The notes: generated from the letters alone by a model not told the origin. DNA of 34,254 nucleotides from Ornithinimicrobium sp. (GCA_049650625.1 JBASAN010000033.1:1-34254), one strand, 5' to 3'; counted from the stretch's first letter, positions 26,728 through 34,254 are shown. A program made the numbers and translations.

Positions 26728-28268
26728 GCTGCTGGACCGTCATCCACCGCGGGACTGGAGGCAGGCCACCAACCCGGTCCTTGCCCCGCCGGGGACGCTG
26801 CCGACGCCAGCGCAGCCAACTGCTCCGTGTCCAGATGTGCCTCCACCCAGTCAGCGAGCTCATCGAGGTGGCGGTCGACAGCCTCGGAGTACAAGTGGCA
26901 GCCGCCGACGAAGTTCCGACTCCGGGCGGTGGCGACCTCCCCCAAGAAGGCATGGCGCGCAGCATCGCGGTCCAAGATGCTGTGCACACTCGTGCCGCGT
27001 ACCCGGCCCGAGGCATCCACGGCGCCCTCGGGCTCTCCGTCGATCTCGAGCCACGGTGAGGAGTTGAAGACCGGGCGGCCCCACCGGATCTGGTAGCCCT
27101 CGACCGGGTGACCGCCCCACGAACCGCTGGACCGGCAGACCACTTTGGGGGCCTCGAAGCGGGTCTGGATGTCGAGCATGCCCAGCCCAGGCACCGTCCC
27201 CGCCCCGGACTCCAGGTCGTCGTGCAGCAGCGTGCCCAACATCTGGTATCCGGCGCACAGCCCGAGCACGAACGAGGAGGAGGACCGCGCGATCCGATCG
27301 GCGAACCCGGTCTCGCGCAACCACGCCAGGTCGTGCACCGTGGCGCGGCTTCCCGGGATGATGATCAGGTCCGCGACGTCCAGGTCTTCGGGGCGATCGG
27401 CCCAGCGCACTTCGACATCGGGCTCGGTGAGAAGCGGGTCGAGGTCGGAAGCATTGGCCAGGTGGGGCAGGCGCACCGCCACCACCCGGACCGGACGCGG
27501 CGAACGGGACTGCGCCACCAGCCCCGACGGGACGTCGAGCGAGTCTTCGGCACCCAGTCCGAGCCGGGCTCCCAGGTGCGGCAGCACGCCGAGCACCGGC
27601 AGACGAGTGCGTCGTTCGAGCTCGACGAGGCCGGAGTCCAGCAGCGAGGCGTCCCCGCGCATCTGGTTGAACACGATGCCGACCAACGGTGCCCGCAGGT
27701 GCGGGGGCAACAGGTCGACCGTGCCGTGGGCGGCGGCGAAGGCCCCGCCGCGGTCGATGTCCACCACCAGGATCGCCGGTATGCCGGCCGCCGCGGCCAG
27801 GGGCAGATTCACCAGGTCACGGTCGAAGAGATTGATCTCGGCGGCACCCCCCGCGCCCTCGGCGACCAGCCAGGCGTGGTCGGTCCGCAGTGAGTCCAGC
27901 GCCTCCAGGACGACCGGTCGCAGGCTCCGGGCCGTGTCGCCGTAGGCGTGCGGCGCGGCCGGTCCGCCGGCCTGCTCGTCGCCGAGCACCACCACGTGGC
28001 TACGGCCCCGGGAGGGCTTGAGCAGGATCGGGTTCATCCGCCGGTCCAACTCGACCCCTGCGGCCAGGGCCTGCATCGCCTGGGAGCGGCCGACCTCGCC
28101 ACCGTCGATGGTGACCGCCGAGTGGTTCGACATGTTCTGGGCCTTGAACGGGACGACGTCCCGGCCCGCTCGGGCCCAGGACCGGCACAGGGCAGCGGCA
28201 ACCGTCGACTTGCCGGCGCTGCTGGTGGCCCCGACCACGAGCAACGCACCAGTGCCCGTGGGGCTCAC
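26724..28268 (-). CDS. cobQ: Cobyric acid synthase
   Basis: Motifs GATSSAGKS, PFKAQNMSN, MNPILLKP, EGAG..AEINL, DIDRGG and GATase LCAGYQMLG. Start set to GTG 28268 to avoid overlapping cobO. Confidence 0.92.
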   Translation of the reverse strand: MSPTGTGALLVVGATSSAGKSTVAAALCRSWARAGRDVVPFKAQNMSNHSAVTIDGGEVGRSQAMQALAAGVELDRRMNPILLKPSRGRSHVVVLGDEQAGGPAAPHAYGDTARSLRPVVLEALDSLRTDHAWLVAEGAGGAAEINLFDRDLVNLPLAAAAGIPAILVVDIDRGGAFAAAHGTVDLLPPHLRAPLVGIVFNQMRGDASLLDSGLVELERRTRLPVLGVLPHLGARLGLGAEDSLDVPSGLVAQSRSPRPVRVVAVRLPHLANASDLDPLLTEPDVEVRWADRPEDLDVADLIIIPGSRATVHDLAWLRETGFADRIARSSSSFVLGLCAGYQMLGTLLHDDLESGAGTVPGLGMLDIQTRFEAPKVVCRSSGSWGGHPVEGYQIRWGRPVFNSSPWLEIDGEPEGAVDASGRVRGTSVHSILDRDAARHAFLGEVATARSRNFVGGCHLYSEAVDRHLDELADWVEAHLDTEQLAALASAASPAGQGPGWWPASSPAVDDGPAA

Positions 28269-28290
28269 CTGCGATGAGCCGGAGTGCGGA

Positions 28291-28875
28291 CTAATAGTCG
28301 ATGCCCTTGCGCGCACGGATGCCCTCGTCGAAGGCATGCTTCACCTTCACCATCTCGGTGACGGTGTCGGCCACCTCGATCACTTCGGCGGCCATCTCGC
28401 GGCCGGTCAGGAACACCGACGTATCCGCAGGTCGCTCTCGAAGGGCGGTGGCGACCTCGACGGGGTCGATCCAACCCCAGGACATCGGATAGCTGATCTC
28501 GTCCAGCACGATCAGGCGGTGCTGCCCGGACGCGATGAGCTCGGCGGAGAATCTCCAGGCGGCGACCGCCTTGGCCCGGCTCTCGTCCAGGTCGTCGGAC
28601 TCCCAGCTGAACCCGTCGCCGGCGGAGAACCAGTCGACGCCGATGGTGCGACAGACCTTCTCCTCGCCGGTGTTCCACTTCCCGCTCTTGAGGAACTGCA
28701 CCACGGCGGCCGGCCAGTCCCGGGCCACGGCGCGGATGACGGTGCCGAAGGCGGCGGTCGACTTGCCCTTGCCGTGACCGGTCGCGACCAGCACGAGCGA
28801 GGACGCCGAACGCAACTCGCGCCGGTCGTAGGGACGCTGGGTGCGCGGCTGGGAGTGGTCCGTGGACTCGGTCAT
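28291..28875 (-). CDS. cobO: Corrinoid adenosyltransferase (CobO/BtuR)
   Basis: Motifs TGHGKGKSTAAFG, VQFLKSGKW, VLDEI, LTGR and KHAFDEG..A.KGIDY. Confidence 0.94.
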   Translation of the reverse strand: MTESTDHSQPRTQRPYDRRELRSASSLVLVATGHGKGKSTAAFGTVIRAVARDWPAAVVQFLKSGKWNTGEEKVCRTIGVDWFSAGDGFSWESDDLDESRAKAVAAWRFSAELIASGQHRLIVLDEISYPMSWGWIDPVEVATALRERPADTSVFLTGREMAAEVIEVADTVTEMVKVKHAFDEGIRARKGIDY

Positions 28876-29666
28876 GAGACCTGCTTTCGGTGGCTGCTGG
28901 ATCGTGGGCTGGGCAGGACCACGCGCTCGCCGTCGAGCACACGCACCGTCAGGTCCGTTGCGTAGATCTCGCTGAGCAGGTCGGGTGTGAGCACCTCGGC
29001 GGGCGTGCCGACGGTGACCTTGCGACCGTGGTGCAGGAGGAGCAGGCGGTCGGAGAAGCGAGCGGCAGTCGTCAGGTCGTGCATCGCCGCGATCACGGAC
29101 AACCCGTCGGTGCGCCGCAGGTCATCGACCAGTTCGAGCACCGCCATCTGGTGGCCCAGGTCGAGCGCCGAGGTCGGCTCGTCCAACAGCAGGATGGGCG
29201 CTTGCTGCGCCAGCGCCCGGGCCACGACCACCCGCTGTCCTTCCCCTCCGGAGAGGGCCCGCACCGGGCGGTCGGCGAATCCGGCCAGGTCCAGCCGGCG
29301 CAGCACCGCCACGGCGATGTCGCGGTCGGTCCTGGACTCAGTGGCCAGCCAGCTCAGGTGCGCCGTCCGGCCGAGAAGGACGTATTCCATCACCGACATG
29401 CCCTCGGGCAGCACGGGCGACTGCGGCATCAGTGAGATCTCGGTGGCTTTGGGGGGGCCGTCCTGCGCCTGGATCGTGCCCGCGTGGTCGGTCAACCCGG
29501 TCAAGGTGCGCAACAGGGTGGATTTGCCGGCTCCGTTCGGTCCGATCACACCCAGCCACTCGCCGGGGTGCAGGTCGACGTCGACACGGTCCAGCACGGT
29601 CTTACCGTGGTAGGACACGTGCAGGTCGCGAGCGGAGAGCACCGCGGTGTGCGCTAGGGCGCTCAT
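28872..29666 (-). CDS. btuD: Corrinoid ABC transporter ATPase
   Basis: Motifs GPNGAGKST, LSGGEGQR, LLLDEPT and MHDL; riboswitch and cob context. Confidence 0.85.
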   Translation of the reverse strand: MSALAHTAVLSARDLHVSYHGKTVLDRVDVDLHPGEWLGVIGPNGAGKSTLLRTLTGLTDHAGTIQAQDGPPKATEISLMPQSPVLPEGMSVMEYVLLGRTAHLSWLATESRTDRDIAVAVLRRLDLAGFADRPVRALSGGEGQRVVVARALAQQAPILLLDEPTSALDLGHQMAVLELVDDLRRTDGLSVIAAMHDLTTAARFSDRLLLLHHGRKVTVGTPAEVLTPDLLSEIYATDLTVRVLDGERVVLPSPRSSSHRKQVS

Positions 29667-30748
29667 ACGTCGATGCGTCGGGATCGGCGCAGCACGAAGG
29701 CGAAGAACGGGGCCCCGACGAGCGCGGTGATGATCCCGACCGGCAGCTCCGAAGGGGCCACTACGGTGCGGGCGCCGATGTCGACGGCAGCGAGGAAGGC
29801 GGCGCCGACCAGCGCCGACAGCGGGAGGATGACCCGGTAGCTGTGACTGGTGGTGAGGCGCACGATGTGGGGGACGACCAGGCCGACGAAGGCGATGAGA
29901 CCGCTGACGGCCACGGCCGCTGCCGTCAGCAGGGTGGCCGCCACGATCACGATCAGCCGGGAGCGGGCCGGGTCCAGGCCCAGGGCACGGGCCTCGTCGT
30001 CGCCCATCCGCATGACGTCGAGATGGCGTCGATGCGCCACCAGGATGCCGCCGCAGACGACGACGTAGGGCGCCAAGATCCCGACCTGCTCCCAGCCGCT
30101 GGTGCCCAGTCGACCGAACAACCAGGACAGCACCTCGCGGGCCCGCGTTTCGTCGAGTTTCTGTAGCGCGTAGGTCTGCGCGGCGGAGAAGAGCGCCGCC
30201 ATGGCGACCCCGGAGAGCAGCAGGGTGGCCGGCGAGCTGAACGAGCCCCGGGCCACCAGGGCTGAGGCCGACACGGCTAGCAAGGCGCCCAGGAAGGCTG
30301 CTGCTGGCACCGCGCCGAAAGGACCCCAGCCGAGGTCCAGACCGAAACCGAGCGCCAGGACGGCGCCGAAGCCCGCCCCGGCGGACACGCCGAGGAGGTA
30401 GGGGTCGGCCAGTGGGTTGCGGAAGACCCCTTGGAACGCGGCCCCAGCCATCCCCAGCGAGGCGCCCACCAACATCCCCAGCACCATCCGCGGTAGCCGG
30501 ATGCGGAAGAGGATGGCTTCCTGCTGGGAGCTCAACCCGGAGTCGAGCCGAATGCCGGGCAGTGCGTCCAGCAACGCCAGCACCACTCCGCGCAGAGGCA
30601 GACCTGCTGCCCCACTGCTGGCGCTGAGCAAGCCCACCACCACCACCATGGCCACGGCCCCGACCAGTGCCGGGGTCGTCAGGCTGAACGCCTTGGCCGC
30701 GGCGCGGTCGACCGGGTCGAGGTCAACGCGGTGGGCGGTGGTGAGCAT
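29663..30748 (-). CDS. btuC: Corrinoid ABC transporter permease (FecCD/BtuC family)
   Basis: Motifs IRLPR, QGVFRNPLADPYLLGVSAGA, G.IAFVGLVVPH and ELPVG. Confidence 0.87.
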   Translation of the reverse strand: MLTTAHRVDLDPVDRAAAKAFSLTTPALVGAVAMVVVVGLLSASSGAAGLPLRGVVLALLDALPGIRLDSGLSSQQEAILFRIRLPRMVLGMLVGASLGMAGAAFQGVFRNPLADPYLLGVSAGAGFGAVLALGFGLDLGWGPFGAVPAAAFLGALLAVSASALVARGSFSSPATLLLSGVAMAALFSAAQTYALQKLDETRAREVLSWLFGRLGTSGWEQVGILAPYVVVCGGILVAHRRHLDVMRMGDDEARALGLDPARSRLIVIVAATLLTAAAVAVSGLIAFVGLVVPHIVRLTTSHSYRVILPLSALVGAAFLAAVDIGARTVVAPSELPVGIITALVGAPFFAFVLRRSRRIDV

Positions 30749-30775
30749 GGCCGAGTGCAGCGTCGCTGGTCGTGA

Positions 30776-31759
30776 CTAGTTGACCGGGACAGCAACGGCC
30801 GAGAGTGCCTCAGCCGCGGTGCTGACGAACTCCGGCAGACGAGGCCCCCATCGGGAGGCGATGTCGGCGTTGACCGTGACGATGTTGCCGTCGCGGACCG
30901 CGGCGACGTCCTCCCATCCTGGGCGGTTGGCCACGTCCTCGGCGGTGTAGTCGACCTGGTCGGTGATCACAATCACCTGGGGGTCGGCTTCGATGACGGC
31001 TTCCTCGGTCATCTGGGGGAAGCCGGTCTGGTCGGTGTCCGCCTCGTCGCCGATGTTGACCGCGCCCATCTCGGCGTAGACCGATCCGACGAAGCCGTAC
31101 TGGCTAGCGGTGTAGTAGGTAGCGTCCAGCTCGTGGTAGACCCGGATCGGCTCGTCACCGGGCTCCGGGGCCTGCGCCAGAGCCTCATCGACCTGGGCAC
31201 GGAGGTCCTCGACTGCCGTCGCCGTCTCATCGACCTTCCCGGTCGCGATACCGAGCTCGGCCATGCCTGCATATCCGGCTTCGATGTCGGCCGGAGCGGG
31301 GTTGACCAGCACCGGGATGTCCAGCTCGGTGAGCGAGGCCACGAGGTCGTTGGCGTCGTTGGAGATCACGACCAGGTCGGGGTCGTAGCCGGTGATGGCC
31401 TCGACGTTGGGGTCGAACCCGGACAGCTCGGTGGTCGGGGCCTCCTCCGGGAAGGTGGAGTAGGCGTCCGTCGCGACAACCTGGTCACCGGCTCCGATGG
31501 CGAAGAGGATCTCGGTGGCCGAGGGGGACAGCGAGACGATGCTCTCGGGTGCCTCGTCGAGCGTGAACGAGCCGGCGTCCGACTCGATGGTGACGGGGAA
31601 GTCCCCGCCACCGCCCGAGCCTTCGCTCGCGGCCGCCTCGTCGGAGGAGCCCTCCTCTTGGGAGCCGGAGTCGCTGGGGGTGGCGTCGTCGTCACTGCCG
31701 CACGCCGAGACCGTGAGCAACACGGCGAAGCACAGCGCGATGGAACGGGGGATTGTCAT
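30776..31759 (-). CDS. btuF: Corrinoid ABC transporter substrate-binding lipoprotein
   Basis: Lipobox VSAC, IVSLSPSATEILFAIGAG and SRWGPR; SD AGGAGG; first gene after the cobalamin riboswitch. Confidence 0.87.
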   Translation of the reverse strand: MTIPRSIALCFAVLLTVSACGSDDDATPSDSGSQEEGSSDEAAASEGSGGGGDFPVTIESDAGSFTLDEAPESIVSLSPSATEILFAIGAGDQVVATDAYSTFPEEAPTTELSGFDPNVEAITGYDPDLVVISNDANDLVASLTELDIPVLVNPAPADIEAGYAGMAELGIATGKVDETATAVEDLRAQVDEALAQAPEPGDEPIRVYHELDATYYTASQYGFVGSVYAEMGAVNIGDEADTDQTGFPQMTEEAVIEADPQVIVITDQVDYTAEDVANRPGWEDVAAVRDGNIVTVNADIASRWGPRLPEFVSTAAEALSAVAVPVN

Positions 31760-31847
31760 GGATGTCCTCCTGTCGGTCGAGGAGAGAATGCTCGAACGAC
31801 AGCGGCTGTCGACCGAACCGACCCTGGTCCTCGAGGGTGTGTGGTTC

Positions 31848-31946
31848 TGCGGCAGGAAGTTCGACCGGACTGATCCACCCTGCGGAGGGCGGCTTCACCG
31901 TTGCGGGACAGTGCCGGGCTTGCACCGGACTTCGGCTTCGTGTCGC
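31848..31946 (-). ncRNA. Cobalamin riboswitch (compact actinobacterial type); boundaries approximate
   Basis: The minus strand reads GAAGTCCGGTGCAAGCCCGGCACTGTCCCGCAACGGTGA...AGTCCGG...CTTCCTGCC, matching the B12-element core. It lies upstream of btuF, with a -10 TATGCT at 31958-31953. Confidence 0.85.
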
Positions 31947-31996
31947 CCGCGCAGCATACGCCCATCATGGGACGAGCGACAGCGATCGAGGGGGGG

Positions 31997-32920
31997 TCAG
32001 TCGAGTCGCTGAAGAGCCAGGGACAGGCGTTCGAGGCCTTCGGCGTCGGGGACGGCGATGCGGTAGGTGCCCGGCATGCCGAAACTGGCGCAGTCACGCA
32101 CCAAGACTCCGTGGGGCGCCAGCTCGGTCCTCAGGTCCCGGTTGCTCCGGGCCAGGACCCACGGCGCATCGGCTGCCTCGACGCCCATCCCATGCCGGCG
32201 GAGCAGCGTTGCGAGATCGTCGCGGGCCGACGCGATTCGCCGCGCCCACCGCGCGAGGTCGGCCTGAGCGAGCAGGTCGGGCAGCGTGGCCAGGGCGAGC
32301 GAGCTGACCGACCAGTGCGGCTGGCGAGCCGCGAACGGCTCGACGTCCTCCGCCAGGAGGTACCCCAACCTCAGTCCCGGGCAAGCGAACGTCTTGGTCA
32401 GCGATCCGACCACGATGCCCCCTCGACCAGCCGTCCAGGCTCCGGTGGCCAGGGGGTAGAAGGCCTCGTCCCAGACGTCGGCGTGATCCTCACGCGTGGC
32501 CAGTCGACCCGATGGACTGTGTGGGTTGCTGCGCCAACGTGGACCGTCCTTGGCCCGCGGGTGCAGGGCGAACTCGGGCTCGGAGCGGGCTCCGCCTCCC
32601 TGGACCTCGGTGACCATCGTGATCGCCTCGCTGCCTCCGTTGGTCAACAGCAGTCGTTCTGGAGTGACCCCCATGACGTCGGCGAGCATTGCGGTCGCTT
32701 CACGAGGGTCGGGGTAGTGGCCGACGCTGTCGAGATGGCGGCGAAGGATCACCTTCACGTCGGGCGCAAACGGGTTCATGGTCTGCGAGAGGTCCAGCAG
32801 GTCAGCAGGCTCCAGGCCGAGGGCTCGAGCGACCGCTGGGCCGTCCCCGCCGTGCTGCCCGGCATACGGCACAGCGGCCCCGGTGGACGCGGGGGACGCG
32901 GGGGAGTCGGCGGGTTGCAC
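31997..32920 (-). CDS. cobD: L-threonine-O-3-phosphate decarboxylase-like PLP enzyme (CobD in Salmonella nomenclature, CobC in Pseudomonas), compact form
   Basis: Motifs HGGD, LDLSQTMNP, YPD, NGGSEAI, DEAF, SLTKTFACPGLRLGY and VRDCASF. TAGAGT 7 nt before GTG 32920. Confidence 0.8.
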   Translation of the reverse strand: MQPADSPASPASTGAAVPYAGQHGGDGPAVARALGLEPADLLDLSQTMNPFAPDVKVILRRHLDSVGHYPDPREATAMLADVMGVTPERLLLTNGGSEAITMVTEVQGGGARSEPEFALHPRAKDGPRWRSNPHSPSGRLATREDHADVWDEAFYPLATGAWTAGRGGIVVGSLTKTFACPGLRLGYLLAEDVEPFAARQPHWSVSSLALATLPDLLAQADLARWARRIASARDDLATLLRRHGMGVEAADAPWVLARSNRDLRTELAPHGVLVRDCASFGMPGTYRIAVPDAEGLERLSLALQRLD

Positions 32921-32952
32921 GCGCGCCACTCTAGTGAGCCGCCGATATTCGA

Positions 32953-32981
32953 TTGCGGCCTCGGCGGCCTCGACCTAGCGT
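32953..32981 (+). promoter_or_regulatory. Sigma-A-type promoter TTGCGG-N17-TAGCGT
   Basis: -35 at 32953-32958, 17-bp spacer, -10 at 32976-32981; predicted TSS ~32988. Confidence 0.55.
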
Positions 32982-32987
32982 GATGGG

Positions 32988-33181
32988 CATCCAAGAAGGG
33001 AGGTGGTCCGATCCATGAAGGCACTTCGGGCATGTGAGGTGGCTCGCCGCTGAGGCGGTGATCCGGCCGTTCTTCGTGACGGCAGGACCCGGTGGCACAA
33101 CCCACTGCAGCCACCTCGGCCCGCGGGGCCGGACGTGTCCATCCGGCAGAGTCGTCACCGACGACTCACCCCGCGGGCCGA
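32988..33181 (+). ncRNA. Candidate structured RNA (sRNA or leader) of unknown family
   Basis: Nested stems: GAGGTGGCT/AGCCACCTC (33036-44/33109-17) and TCGGCCCGCGGGG/CCCCGCGGGCCGA (33116-28/33169-81), plus five internal hairpins and an upstream promoter. Confidence 0.55.
33015..33053 (+). CDS. Putative 12-aa small ORF MKALRACEVARR
   Basis: Very strong SD (AGAAGGGAGGTG) upstream, ATG at 33015, and a TGA in the loop of GCCGC-TGAG-GCGGT. Confidence 0.4.
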   Translation: MKALRACEVARR

Positions 33182-33289
33182 ACCATGCCCTCGACGTCGC
33201 GCCAAGCCGCGACACGCCCCCAGGCGGAATACCTCGGCGACATCGCCTCTTGCCCTCGATAAGTCCGTACATCGATATCGAGGAGATGC

Positions 33290-34254
33290 ATGTCGCACAC
33301 TGTTGCTTTGTCCACCGCAGGTCCGGGTGCGCCGCTGAAGGCCACCACCATCGAGCGTCGCCAGCTGCGCGGCGACGACGTCCTGATCGACATTGCGTAT
33401 GCCGGGATCTGCCACAGCGACATCCACCAGGTCCGCGAGGAGTGGGGCAGCGCGATCTTCCCCATGGTCCCCGGGCACGAGATCGCCGGCACGGTGTCCG
33501 CCGTCGGCGATGACGTCACGGCCTATCAGGTCGGAGACCGCGTCGGAGTCGGCTGCTTGGTCGACTCCTGCGGTGAGTGCGAGTACTGCCAACAGGACCA
33601 GGAGCAGTTCTGCACCAAGGGAGCGGTCCAGACGTACAACGCCGAGGGATACGACGGCGAGAAGACGATGGGTGGCTACAGCCAACAGGTCGTCGTCCGT
33701 GACCGTTTCGTCTTGCGCATCCCCGACGGGATCGAGCTCGACGTGGCTGCCCCCTTGCTGTGCGCCGGGATCACCACCTACAGCCCGTTGAAGCGCTGGG
33801 GCGCCGGCCCCGGCACCAAGGTTGCCGTTGTCGGTATGGGCGGGCTGGGCCACGTGGCCGTCAAGTTCGCCGTCGCGCTGGGCGCCGAGGTCACCGTGTT
33901 GAGCCAGACCACGAACAAGTCGGACGACAGCCTGCGCTACGGCGCGGTCGACCACCGGGCCACGTCCGAGGAGTCCACCTTCACCGATCTGGCCTCGACC
34001 TTCGACGTCATCATCAACACGGTCAGTGCCAACCTGCCGATCGACTCCTACCTGTCGACGCTGAAGCCCAACGGCGCCATGGTGAACCTGGGCGCTCCCA
34101 GCAAGCCCCACGAGTTCAACGGGTTCTCCCTGTTGGCTGGGGGCAAGGTCATGGCCGGCTCCATGATCGGTGGCATCGCGCAGACCCAGGAGATGCTGGA
34201 CGTCGCGGCCGAGCACGGCATCGGCGCCGAGATCGAGCTGATCGACGCGGACCA
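33290..34254 (+). CDS. Zn-dependent NAD(P)H alcohol dehydrogenase (CAD family), 3' end outside window
   Basis: Translated by hand because it is absent from the ORF track: MSHTVALS...GICHSD, VPGHE, CGECEYC...EQFC, APLLCAGIT and GMGGLGH; SD GAGGAG. Confidence 0.93.
   Translation, partial: MSHTVALSTAGPGAPLKATTIERRQLRGDDVLIDIAYAGICHSDIHQVREEWGSAIFPMVPGHEIAGTVSAVGDDVTAYQVGDRVGVGCLVDSCGECEYCQQDQEQFCTKGAVQTYNAEGYDGEKTMGGYSQQVVVRDRFVLRIPDGIELDVAAPLLCAGITTYSPLKRWGAGPGTKVAVVGMGGLGHVAVKFAVALGAEVTVLSQTTNKSDDSLRYGAVDHRATSEESTFTDLASTFDVIINTVSANLPIDSYLSTLKPNGAMVNLGAPSKPHEFNGFSLLAGGKVMAGSMIGGIAQTQEMLDVAAEHGIGAEIELIDAD

Noticed and set aside
32886..32906. Short GGACGCGGG direct repeat
   Set aside because: Only two copies, encoding a low-complexity SPASPAS N-terminal linker.
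32988..33181. Interpretation as a type I toxin-antitoxin locus, tRNA, CRISPR repeat or rRNA fragment
   Set aside because: The peptide is too short and not hydrophobic, there is no cloverleaf/T-loop or repeat-spacer periodicity, and similarity to rRNA is limited to the anti-SD tail complement.
22..34216. Many long alternative-frame and antisense ORFs in the track (e.g. 22-945, 5975-6967, 8701-10092, 13548-15083, 18726-20087, 20111-21157, 31901-32983)
   Set aside because: They are Arg/Pro/Gly-rich shadows of recognisable genes, expected in high-GC DNA with few stop codons, and carry no family motifs.
33155..34216. 353-aa minus-strand ORF
   Set aside because: It is the antisense shadow of the plus-strand alcohol dehydrogenase, which the track missed because it runs off the window.
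1..34254. Mobile elements, prophage or defence systems
   Set aside because: I recognised no transposase, integrase, phage or defence-type ORFs and no terminal repeats by eye.

Overview
High-GC chromosomal window from an actinobacterium (inferred from gene families, many TANNNT leaderless promoters and codon usage). I saw no rRNA, tRNA, CRISPR array or transposase. From left to right it holds: (1) a cluster resembling the M. tuberculosis methylthioxylose (MTX) locus (GalE3-like epimerase end, GT-C transferase, GT2, DUF2064), extended by a SAM methyltransferase, a membrane cytochrome-b/molybdoenzyme fusion and a small membrane protein; (2) accessory genes: class II UvrA, ABM, DUF952, ABC exporter, HAD, DinB, SRPBCC, DUF4442, two CNNM/CBS proteins with lhgO, Fpg/Nei, SDR, ketose 3-epimerase and map; (3) a metal module: PCuAC, Tat-exported DyP, a ZIP transporter with an in-frame amber stop, and a CmtR-like ArsR with a 26-bp operator palindrome; (4) a cobalamin-riboswitch-controlled corrinoid uptake/salvage operon (btuFCD-cobO-cobQ-cbiZ-cobU-cbiB) with a compact Thr-phosphate decarboxylase gene upstream; (5) an unannotated ~195-nt highly structured RNA candidate with its own sigma-A-like promoter, a 12-codon ORF and extended complementarity to the 16S rRNA 3' end, followed by a Zn alcohol dehydrogenase that runs off the window. 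The best novelty candidates are the structured RNA/sORF at ~32988-33181 and the MTX-like cluster carrying a putative sulfoxide-reducing Mo-enzyme. All family assignments come from motif recognition and memory; no searches were run.
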